A stretch of DNA of 64,000 bases. Source: an uncultured Bacteroidota bacterium (GTDB lineage Bacteria > Bacteroidota > Bacteroidia > Bacteroidales > P3). The stretch's first letter is position 1, and each line of letters opens with the position of its first letter. The translations under genes were made by a program, and so were the position numbers. Below the pieces are notes generated by a model. It made no database searches. It was not told the DNA's origin and saw nothing but the letters and a program-made list of their open reading frames with translations. The DNA is taken from NCBI GenBank assembly GCA_902774395.1, contig CACYIK010000004.1:30932-94931 (forward strand). The letters are read 5' to 3'. Below are positions 20,416-27,923 of this stretch, piece by piece.

Positions 20416-21567
20416 ATGAAAAAATTCTTACACACTTTTGCCCTTGTGGCTATGATGCTTCCGTTGGCAAGCGGCTCTCTTTGGGCCCAGGAAGATGTTA
20501 CCATCGGTTCTTTGGCTGGGGCTACGGATGACGCCTACCTCCCTGTAAACACGCTGTACAACTACTCCTACTCCCAGCAGATCTACACTGCTGATGAGAT
20601 TGGTATGGTTGGCACCATCGACTCAATAACCCTTTGGATGTTAGGAACCCAGGATTTATACAATGTTCCTATCACCATTTATATGGTTGAGGTGGACAAG
20701 GAGACCTTCGAAAGCAACACCGACTGGGTGACGGTGAGCGAGGGCGATATCGTGTATACCGACACGCTGACGGTTTTCCACGGTAACTATCCCGAAGCCT
20801 ACACCATCGTGCTTGACACTCCGTTTGTATACTCCGGCACCGGCAACCTGCTGATTGCCGTCAACAACACCACCGGCATTTGGAAGAGCGGTCTGAGAGC
20901 TATGGTATTCGGCAATAGCTCGGGGGCTGCAAAAGCCATCTATGCCCGCCGGGACGGCGTCGGCGTCTACGACCCCTACAACCCCACCTTCGAAGCTAAC
21001 GAAACCACAGGCAAACGCAATGTTATCACCCTTAGCTTCACCCCTGCCCCCTGCGACCCTGTGACCGACGTCACCGTGAGCAACATAACCGGCACCAGCG
21101 CCACTGTGGCTTGGACTGCCCCCGAGGGTCAGACCACCTGGGAGATTGAGTATGGCACGCCCGGCCATACTGCCGGCGCCGGCACCATTGTCACCGCTGA
21201 TAGCAACCCCTACGACCTCACTGACCTCGAGCCGAGCACCGAGTACGGCGTGTATGTCCGCGCTGTCTGCGCGCGTAATCTCTACAGCGACTGGAGTGCC
21301 GAGGCTTCCATCAACACGCTCGGCATCCACGACGCCATGGGCAGCACCGTCAGTGTCTCCCCGAACCCCGCCAGCAGCAATGTCACCATCAGTGGCATTG
21401 AGGACGAGGCCTCCGTTATGGTTGTCGACATGAACGGCCGCACGGTCTTCACCGCCAATGCCAACGAGAGCCTCACCATCGACCTCGCGGGCTTTGCCCA
21501 GGGCGCCTACTTCATCCGCATCTGCGGTGAGCAGACCATGGCCATCCGAAAGCTCCTCGTAAAGTAG
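20416..21567 (+). CDS. secreted T9SS cargo protein: N-domain + fibronectin type III + type A C-terminal sorting domain
   Basis: Signal peptide MKKFLHTFALVAMMLPLASGSLWAQ. FN3-like VSNITGTSATVAWTAPEG...TEYGVYVRAVC. CTD VSPNPASSNVTISG...GAYFIRI...RKLLVK. Confidence 0.8.
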   Translation: MKKFLHTFALVAMMLPLASGSLWAQEDVTIGSLAGATDDAYLPVNTLYNYSYSQQIYTADEIGMVGTIDSITLWMLGTQDLYNVPITIYMVEVDKETFESNTDWVTVSEGDIVYTDTLTVFHGNYPEAYTIVLDTPFVYSGTGNLLIAVNNTTGIWKSGLRAMVFGNSSGAAKAIYARRDGVGVYDPYNPTFEANETTGKRNVITLSFTPAPCDPVTDVTVSNITGTSATVAWTAPEGQTTWEIEYGTPGHTAGAGTIVTADSNPYDLTDLEPSTEYGVYVRAVCARNLYSDWSAEASINTLGIHDAMGSTVSVSPNPASSNVTISGIEDEASVMVVDMNGRTVFTANANESLTIDLAGFAQGAYFIRICGEQTMAIRKLLVK

Positions 21568-21586
21568 TTCTATCTCCGATATTAAG

Positions 21587-21622
21587 CGAGGTCCCTTGCA
21601 ATGCATGGGATCTCGTTTTTTT
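21587..21622 (+). terminator. intrinsic terminator
   Basis: Stem CGAGGTCCC / GGGATCTCG (21587-21595 / 21607-21615) followed by T7 (21616-21622), 20 nt after the stop at 21567. Confidence 0.65.
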
Positions 21623-21730
21623 GTTATGCAAAGCGAGAGGAGAAAGAATTTGCTTTATACATCAAGCAAAAAAAGGTGCCGACACAATAAAATGGGAAGT
21701 GATTCGTTTTTAGGGGAAAACTTTTATAAC

Positions 21731-22330
21731 ATGAAGAAATCAACTATCGTCATCATCAGCATTGTGGCCTTCGTGGCCATCCTCTTCATCTGGGGTATCA
21801 GCGTCAACAACAGCCTCGTGAAACACGACGAGAAGGTGCAGCAGGCATGGAGCCAGGTGGAGAACGTCTACAAACGCCGCATGGACCTTATCCCGCAGCT
21901 CGTCAACACCGTCCAGGGTGCCGCCAACTATGAGAAGGGCGTGCTCACCGAGGTCATCGAGGCCCGCTCGGGTGTGGAGAAAGTCAAGATCGACCCCGAG
22001 AACCTCTCCGAAGAGCAGGTCAAGTCGTTCCAGCAGGCTCAGGACCGCCTCAGCAAGGCCGTGGCCAACAGCATCAAGGTCACCGTCGAGCGCTATCCCG
22101 AGCTGACCGCCACGCAGGGATTCCTCAACCTGCAGCAGCAGCTGGAGAGCACCGAGAACCGCATCACCACGGAGCGCGGCAAGTTCAACAAGGAGGTGCA
22201 GGAATACAATACCAAGCTGCGCCGCTTCCCCAACAGCATCATCGCCGGCATCTGCGGCTTCGAGAAGAAGGGCTACTTCACCGCCCCCGAAGAGGCTGCC
22301 GAACCCGTCAACGTCGAATTCAACTTCTAA
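21731..22330 (+). CDS. lemA: LemA family protein
   Basis: Start at ATG 21731 gives an N-terminal TM helix (STIVIISIVAFVAILFIWG), then a typical LemA sequence (NSLVKHDEKVQQAWSQVENVYKRRMDLIPQLVNTV...RRFPNSIIAG). Confidence 0.88.
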   Translation: MKKSTIVIISIVAFVAILFIWGISVNNSLVKHDEKVQQAWSQVENVYKRRMDLIPQLVNTVQGAANYEKGVLTEVIEARSGVEKVKIDPENLSEEQVKSFQQAQDRLSKAVANSIKVTVERYPELTATQGFLNLQQQLESTENRITTERGKFNKEVQEYNTKLRRFPNSIIAGICGFEKKGYFTAPEEAAEPVNVEFNF

Positions 22331-22352
22331 AGACAACACTCTTCCCCTTTAG

Positions 22353-22425
22353 CAAAGACAAGAAAGGACAAGAAAAGACAATCTATATCATCAAAAGTTG
22401 TTCTTTCTTGTCCTTTCTTGTCTTT
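22353..22425. repeat. stutter-word hairpin between lemA and the TPM gene
   Basis: Left arm CAAAGACAAGAAAGGACAAGAAAAGACAA (22353-22381). Right arm TTGTTCTTTCTTGTCCTTTCTTGTCTTT (22398-22425) is its near reverse complement. Confidence 0.85.
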
Positions 22426-22448
22426 AAAACAACGAATACAGTAGTTCT

Positions 22449-23246
22449 ATGAGAAAAATAGTCTTGTTGTTGATGATAGTCTTGGGTGTGGGGGGGCTTC
22501 ACGCGCAGTGGATGCCTGAGAAGAGCAACCGGCTGGTCAACGACTATTCCCACATGCTCACCACGGAGCAGGCCAACAGCCTGGAGAAGCGCCTTGTGGC
22601 TTTCAACGACTCCACCTCGAACCAGATTGTGATCATCATCACCCCCACCCTGGGCGGCGACGCCGCCTGGGCCGTGGCCACACAGATAGGACAGGAATGG
22701 GGCGTGGGACAGAAGAAGTTCGACAACGGCGTGGTGATACTCATCAAGTCGAAAAGCGCCGAGGAGCCCGACGGCGACGTGACCATCGCCACGGGTTATG
22801 GCGTTGAAGGCGCCCTGCCCGACGCTTTCTGCAAACGCATCATCGACGACGTGATGGTCGGCCCCCTGGGCAATGGCGACTACTACACAGCCCTCACCGA
22901 GGCCCTCGACCTTATCGAGCCCACGCTGCGCGGCGAATACAGCTATGCCAAATACCGCGACGAGGAGCGCCGCGACGCCGTGACGGGCCTGCTCATCTTT
23001 GTCGGCCTCATCGGCGTGGTGGCCCTGTCGCTGTGGCTCTACTACCGCAAACACCCCAACGACTTCAACAACAAGGGCAACAACGGCCACAAGGGCGGCG
23101 GCGGCAGCGGTCTCTTCATGGGTGCCTACCCCTGGTTCATGGGCAGCGGCACCCGCGGCGGCGGCGGCGGCTTCAGCAGCGGCGGAGGTTTCGGTGGCTT
23201 CGGCGGCGGAAGCTTCGGCGGCGGCGGAGCATCGGGAAAGTTTTGA
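22449..23246 (+). CDS. TPM-domain (YgcG-like) membrane protein with a glycine-rich tail
   Basis: Signal peptide, TPM-like region (LVNDYSHMLTTEQANSLEKRLVAFNDSTSNQIVIII), a TM helix and a C-terminal GGGGFSSGGGFGGFGGGSFGGGG tail. Classic LemA neighbour. Confidence 0.82.
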   Translation: MRKIVLLLMIVLGVGGLHAQWMPEKSNRLVNDYSHMLTTEQANSLEKRLVAFNDSTSNQIVIIITPTLGGDAAWAVATQIGQEWGVGQKKFDNGVVILIKSKSAEEPDGDVTIATGYGVEGALPDAFCKRIIDDVMVGPLGNGDYYTALTEALDLIEPTLRGEYSYAKYRDEERRDAVTGLLIFVGLIGVVALSLWLYYRKHPNDFNNKGNNGHKGGGGSGLFMGAYPWFMGSGTRGGGGGFSSGGGFGGFGGGSFGGGGASGKF

Positions 23247-23380
23247 GAATTGAGAATTAAGAATTAAGAATTAAGAATTGAGAATTAAGAATTAAAAATT
23301 AAAAATTAAGAATTTCGCTATTGGGTGGGATTAAAAATATTGTTAATTTTTCAATTTTAATCACCAATTTTCAATTTTTT
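23245..23380. repeat. 7-bp x10 stutter array (GAGAATT/AAGAATT/AAAAATT) with an imperfect inverted partner
   Basis: 23245-23314 is exactly ten 7-nt words. 23331-23380 (TTAAAAATATTGTTAATTTTTCAATTTTAATCACCAATTTTCAATTTTTT) is a degenerate reverse complement (AATTGAAAATT vs AATTGAGAATT). Confidence 0.85.
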
Positions 23381-23382
23381 CG

Positions 23383-23390
23383 TATCTTTG
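23383..23390 (+). promoter_or_regulatory. Bacteroidota -7 promoter box (TAnnTTTG) for the small ORF
   Basis: TATCTTTGCA about 75 nt upstream of ATG 23466, followed by an AT-rich leader. Confidence 0.5.
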
Positions 23391-23465
23391 CAGCACGTTT
23401 GTTTTGAGCGGAATGCGCTTTACAAACTGATAGTCAAGTATATAAACAAATAAAAATTATACACC

Positions 23466-23603
23466 ATGGGTATCAATGCTAACAAAAAAGTGAAGAGAAG
23501 AAAGGTCCGCATCAACGGTAACAAGAACTCCACCAACAACTGGGGTATCACCGCTGCTGGCTGGAATGCTGTGCACAAAGCCATCATCAACGCTGAGGAC
23601 TAA
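23466..23603 (+). CDS. candidate small basic protein (45 aa), below the ORF-track length cutoff
   Basis: My translation: MGINANKKVKRRKVRINGNKNSTNNWGITAAGWNAVHKAIINAED*. It has its own consensus promoter box, an AT-rich leader, a downstream T9 run (23695-23703), and GC-rich codon usage like the neighbouring genes. Confidence 0.45.
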   Translation: MGINANKKVKRRKVRINGNKNSTNNWGITAAGWNAVHKAIINAED

Positions 23604-23618
23604 TTCCTTCAAAGTATC

Positions 23619-23773
23619 TGAGTTGCTGAGTGACTAAGTTGCTGAGTAACCAAGTAGCAAAGTAGCTAAGTTGCGAAGTAAAGCAATTTAGCTTCTTTTT
23701 TTTACTAGGAAAATCTAGGAGAAGCTAGGATAACCTAGGATAACCTAGGAGGTTCTAGGAGGACCTAGGAGGA
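23619..23773. repeat. two adjacent stutter arrays: AGTTGCTGAGT/AAGTAGC words, then CTAGGA every 10 bp x7
   Basis: 23619-23685: AGTTGCTGAGTGACTAAGTTGCTGAGTAACCAAGTAGCAAAGTAGCTAAGTTGCGAAGTAAAGC. CTAGGA occurs at 23705, 23715, 23725, 23735, 23745, 23755 and 23765, an exact 10-bp phasing. The array ends 25 nt before the Nudix ATG. Confidence 0.85.
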
Positions 23774-23797
23774 TTTAAGGGGAGAAAAACAACCACC

Positions 23798-24346
23798 ATG
23801 AAGCAAACCACTTTGTGCTATATCGACAACGGCGACAGCTATCTGATGCTGCACCGCGTGAAGAAAGAGAACGACGCCAGCCACGGCAAGTGGATAGGCG
23901 TGGGCGGCAAGTGCGAGGCCGACGAGAGCCCCGACGAGTGCATGCTGCGCGAGGTGAAGGAAGAGACGGGTCTGGACATCACCAAATGGCACTACCGCGG
24001 CATCGTCACCTTCATCTCCGACACCTGGCCCAACGAATACATGCACCTCTTCACCGCCACGGCCTGGCGCGGCGAGCCCGACATGAGCATCGACGACGAG
24101 GGCACCCTGGCGTGGATACCCAAATCAGTGATTAGTGATCAGTGTTCAGTGCTCAGTGACGTCCTGCAGGACAGCGGCAGCCAACTTAACACTAAACACT
24201 TACCACTAAACAATCTTCCCATGTGGGAGGGCGACAAGATATTCCTCCGCCTCCTTCTTGACGAGTCCACCCCCTTCTTCTCCCTCAAGCTCGTCTATGA
24301 GCAGGACGAAATGGTAAAAGCGACACTTAATGGAACGGCACTTTGA
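23798..24346 (+). CDS. Nudix hydrolase (MutT-like)
   Basis: Nudix box GKWIGVGGKCEADESPDECMLREVKEETGL. Carries an in-frame word-array insertion at 24126-24211. Confidence 0.85.
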   Translation: MKQTTLCYIDNGDSYLMLHRVKKENDASHGKWIGVGGKCEADESPDECMLREVKEETGLDITKWHYRGIVTFISDTWPNEYMHLFTATAWRGEPDMSIDDEGTLAWIPKSVISDQCSVLSDVLQDSGSQLNTKHLPLNNLPMWEGDKIFLRLLLDESTPFFSLKLVYEQDEMVKATLNGTAL

Positions 24347-27038
24347 CCCGTGGCAACAGGAGGCGATAGAGATCAGTGGCGGACGCCACCTGGTGCTGGC
24401 GCCTCCGGGATGCGGCAAGACAGACATCCTGACCGAGCGCATCGTCCACGCCCATGAGCAGGGTGTGGAATACCGCGACATGCTGTGTCTCACCTTCACC
24501 AACCGCGCCGCCAAGGGCATGGCTCAGCGTATCGCCGACCGCACAGGCAATCCTGTGCCCGACGACCTCTTCGTGGGGAACATACACCGTTACTGCTCGC
24601 AGATGCTCTTCAACGAAGGCCTCGTGAACCACAACAGCGCCATCATCGACGAGGGCGACGTGGACAACATCGTCCAGGAGGAGCTCTGCAAGAAGATGAA
24701 TATCGAGAGCCGCACCACGGAGCTCATGCGCTTCCAGCACGGCCTGCAGCAGATGGCGCTGGGCATGCGCGGCGAGCTGGTGCTGCACAACGAGCTTTTC
24801 CATGCCGGCGGCGTAGCGAAGCTCTGCGACGTACTGGGGCGTCCCTTCGACGAGGACAATATCGCCGACATCTACACCGACATCGAGAACCTCTACCAGA
24901 GATACAGCATACTGCAGGAACTGCCGGCCGCCAACCTCATGCGTCTGGCCAAAGCCTACGAGCACTACAAGGCAGAGAACGACCTGCTGGACTATGACGA
25001 TTTGCTGATACTGGCGTACCAGTATTTGCAAGGTGAAAGGTTAAAGGTGAAAGGTGAAACAGTTGGTACAATCAATACCTCTCACCTCTCACCTTTCACC
25101 TCTCACCATTACCAGTGGATTGAGATTGACGAGGTGCAGGACCTCAACGCATTGCAGTTCGCCCTGGTGGACCTCTTCGCTGCCGACGACGCCACCATCG
25201 TATACCTCGGCGACGAGCAGCAGGCCATCTTCTCCTTCATCGGCGCCAAACTCGAGACCCTCGAAACCCTGAAACAGCGCTGCGAAGGACATATCCACCA
25301 CCTGCACACCAACTACCGCTCGCCCAAATACCTGCTCGACCTACAGAACGACTATGCGGAGAAGAACCTCGGCATCAGACGCGACCTCCTGCCCACCACC
25401 CCGCAATCAGCGCCCGTCACGCCACACCCGCAGGACCTCTGCCTGATGAATGTCGGCGACGCACAGCTGGAGAGTTACTATGCCGCCCGCTTCGCCAAGC
25501 GTTACGGCGAGATGGATCCCGAAGGGAAGGTTGCCATCCTCGTCAGCACCAACCGCGAGGCCGACGACATCGGCGAAGTGATGAGCGGCATGGGCATCAG
25601 TCACTTCAAGATCAGCGGCACCGACCTCTTCTCGCTGCCCGCCATGCGGATGCTCACGGCGCACCTCAGCGTCCTGGCCGACGAGATGGTCTTCATCGCC
25701 TGGGCGCGTCTGCTGTGGGGTCTCAAGGTGACACCCACCTATACCGCCGCGCGCAACCTCATGCGCGACATGCGCCGCGTGGCGCTGCTGCCCACCGACT
25801 TCCTGCGCTACCCCGACAGCTCCTACCTGCAGGAGTTCGTCCATGTATACGACCACGAAGAGCTCGTCATCTTCGACACCGAGACCACCGGCCTCGACGT
25901 GCGCCACGACGACATCATCCAGATTGCCGCCGTCAAGGTGCGGCAGGGCAAGGTGGTAGGAAAACCCTTCAACATTATCCTCGAGACCGACAAGGAGCTG
26001 CCCGCCACCGTGGGAGGCCACCCCAACCCCATGCTCGAGGTCTACCGCAACAGCAAACGCTATTCCCGCACCGAAGGACTGAAGAAATTCCTGGAATACT
26101 GCCAAGGGAAGACCTTGGTGGGGCACAACGTGGAGTACGACTACCAGATACTACGTAATAATCTAATAAGGGAGACAGGAGATAAGGAGACAGGAGATAA
26201 GGCTGTACTCCCCAATAAATATTTCGACACCCTGAAATACATCCGGCTGGTGCGGCCGCGCCTGCGGCAGTACAAGCTCGGCCACCTTCTCGAGGTACTG
26301 CACCTCGAAGGGCAGAACAGCCACCAGGCCGACGACGACATCATGGCCACGCTCTCGCTACTCAACTACTGCCACAACGTGGCACGTCAGATGATTGACG
26401 ACCAGCGGCTCTTCGTCAGCAATCACCAGAAACAGGTGGACAAGTTCCACAAGCTGTACGCAGAGATGCATCAGCATGGATGTAAGGAGACAGGAGACAA
26501 GGAGACAGGAGACAAGACAAATGAAGAGGGGGGGATTGTTGCTGAATTACAATATGCCTACGAGAAGTTGCTCGAGGCCAAGCTTATCGAGCCCATCGAT
26601 AAATGGCATCACCTGCTGCACTACCTCGAGGGAGAGCTCATCCGCACCGACCTCTACCCCACTCTGCAGCAGCAGCTCGAGCGTTATGTCACCGACCTCA
26701 ACACCCTCAAGGAGGCCGACCTCTGCGGCAGCACGCTCGAGGAGCGCTACATCATCTCCACGGTACATAAAGCCAAGGGATTGGAGTTCGAGACGGTGAT
26801 AGTCTACCGCGCCATCGACGGCTGCTACCCCGGCAGCCACAGCTGGACAGAGAAACAGATACTGGAGGATGCGCGCCGACTCTTCGTGGCCCTTTCACGC
26901 TCCAAACGACGCCTCTGCGTGCTCTACGACGAGTATTACGGACGCTCGATACACGCCATTAGTCCCTTCCTAGAGAAAGTCCAGGGACACTTCACCCTCT
27001 ACCGCCGTTCGTCTGACGGTAAGATACGTGAAGTCTGA
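24330..27038 (+). CDS. UvrD/Rep-family SF1 helicase with an embedded DEDDh (DnaQ-like) 3'-5' exonuclease domain
   Basis: Walker A LAPPGCGKTDIL, Walker B IEIDEVQDL, exonuclease motifs VIFDTETTGLD / LVGHNVEYDYQIL / HQADDDIMAT, UvrD_C motifs ISTVHKAKGLEFETVIVY and LFVALSRSKRRL. Overlaps the Nudix gene by 17 nt. Confidence 0.85.
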   Translation: MERHFDPWQQEAIEISGGRHLVLAPPGCGKTDILTERIVHAHEQGVEYRDMLCLTFTNRAAKGMAQRIADRTGNPVPDDLFVGNIHRYCSQMLFNEGLVNHNSAIIDEGDVDNIVQEELCKKMNIESRTTELMRFQHGLQQMALGMRGELVLHNELFHAGGVAKLCDVLGRPFDEDNIADIYTDIENLYQRYSILQELPAANLMRLAKAYEHYKAENDLLDYDDLLILAYQYLQGERLKVKGETVGTINTSHLSPFTSHHYQWIEIDEVQDLNALQFALVDLFAADDATIVYLGDEQQAIFSFIGAKLETLETLKQRCEGHIHHLHTNYRSPKYLLDLQNDYAEKNLGIRRDLLPTTPQSAPVTPHPQDLCLMNVGDAQLESYYAARFAKRYGEMDPEGKVAILVSTNREADDIGEVMSGMGISHFKISGTDLFSLPAMRMLTAHLSVLADEMVFIAWARLLWGLKVTPTYTAARNLMRDMRRVALLPTDFLRYPDSSYLQEFVHVYDHEELVIFDTETTGLDVRHDDIIQIAAVKVRQGKVVGKPFNIILETDKELPATVGGHPNPMLEVYRNSKRYSRTEGLKKFLEYCQGKTLVGHNVEYDYQILRNNLIRETGDKETGDKAVLPNKYFDTLKYIRLVRPRLRQYKLGHLLEVLHLEGQNSHQADDDIMATLSLLNYCHNVARQMIDDQRLFVSNHQKQVDKFHKLYAEMHQHGCKETGDKETGDKTNEEGGIVAELQYAYEKLLEAKLIEPIDKWHHLLHYLEGELIRTDLYPTLQQQLERYVTDLNTLKEADLCGSTLEERYIISTVHKAKGLEFETVIVYRAIDGCYPGSHSWTEKQILEDARRLFVALSRSKRRLCVLYDEYYGRSIHAISPFLEKVQGHFTLYRRSSDGKIREV
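25032..25107. repeat. in-frame stutter-word hairpin inside the helicase gene
   Basis: Left arm GGTGAAAGGTTAAAGGTGAAAGGTGAAA (25032-25059) and right arm CTCTCACCTCTCACCTTTCACCTCTCACC (25079-25107) are near reverse complements. Translated as GERLKVKGETVGTINTSHLSPFTSH, immediately before the Walker B motif. Confidence 0.85.
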
Positions 27039-27091
27039 CATTTTCCCCTGAGTGATTTTACTTTTGCCCTGTTCAAACGTATTATAGGCAA

Positions 27092-27625
27092 ATGAACGGC
27101 ACGATAGACATAGAATTGATGCGGCAACTCCGTGGAGGGAGCGAGGCGGCGCTACGCGAAATCATCGAGCGCCATCGAGAACGCCTCTACCGGCTGGCAT
27201 ACCGCCTCCTGAACGACCGTGACGAAGCCAGCGACGCTGTGCAGGAGACTTTCATCCGCCTATGGAAGCATGCCCGCCGGTTCGACCCGAGCCAGAGCCT
27301 GGCTTCCTGGCTTTGCACCATCTGTGCCCGTCGCTGCTACGACGAACTGCGTCGGCGGAGACGCCACCGCGAGACCCTCGCCGAGATGCCCGTCGAGGTC
27401 GTACCACCCGATACACTAGCCTCCGAAGAACTGCTCATCCTACTCCGCCAAGCCATCGCCACCCTGCCGTCCAAGCAGCGCGTGGTCTACCAACTGCGCG
27501 AGATTGAGTGCCTCACCACAGACGAGGTCGCCGCCGCCACACGCATGAGCGCCGACCAGGTGAAAGCCAACCTCTGCGTGGCGCGCAACAAAGTGAGAGA
27601 AATACTGAAAGGATATGGAATATAA
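27092..27625 (+). CDS. ECF-type RNA polymerase sigma-70 factor
   Basis: 177 aa. Region 2 (RLYRLAYRLLNDRDEASDAVQETFIRLW) and region 4 (LPSKQRVVYQLREIECLTTDEVAAATRMSADQVKANLCVAR). Confidence 0.9.
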   Translation: MNGTIDIELMRQLRGGSEAALREIIERHRERLYRLAYRLLNDRDEASDAVQETFIRLWKHARRFDPSQSLASWLCTICARRCYDELRRRRRHRETLAEMPVEVVPPDTLASEELLILLRQAIATLPSKQRVVYQLREIECLTTDEVAAATRMSADQVKANLCVARNKVREILKGYGI

Positions 27626-27923
27626 CAAACTGATAGAACGAATGCAGCAGACGCCCGTCGAAGTTCCCGACACCGACGCCATCCTCGGCGGCATGCGACG
27701 TACCCTGCACCGTCGACGACAGCAACGGACACTGCTGGCCTCTGCGGTATGCCTGCTCCTTGCCACCCTGCCACTGACTATGTCTATGGGCGACAGCCAG
27801 TCCACTCCCACCCTGGCCGAGGCTGTCAGCGCCACCCTGCCGTCTTCGCCCAACGACCTGCCGGCGCCGCTGGCAGGATACAAGAACTCAATCCGTAACC
27901 ATCAAAAAACAAAAGTGATATGA
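27615..27923 (+). CDS. putative anti-sigma factor (single-pass membrane protein)
   Basis: 102 aa. Overlaps the sigma gene by 11 nt. One TM helix (LLASAVCLLLATLPLTM). The call rests on position only. Confidence 0.45.
   Translation: MEYNKLIERMQQTPVEVPDTDAILGGMRRTLHRRRQQRTLLASAVCLLLATLPLTMSMGDSQSTPTLAEAVSATLPSSPNDLPAPLAGYKNSIRNHQKTKVI

Noticed and set aside
19480-23790. Tandem arrays considered as CRISPR candidates: 19705-19755, 23245-23314, 23705-23773.
   Set aside because: Periods are only 7-12 nt, with no unique spacers of 25-40 nt and no cas genes in the window.
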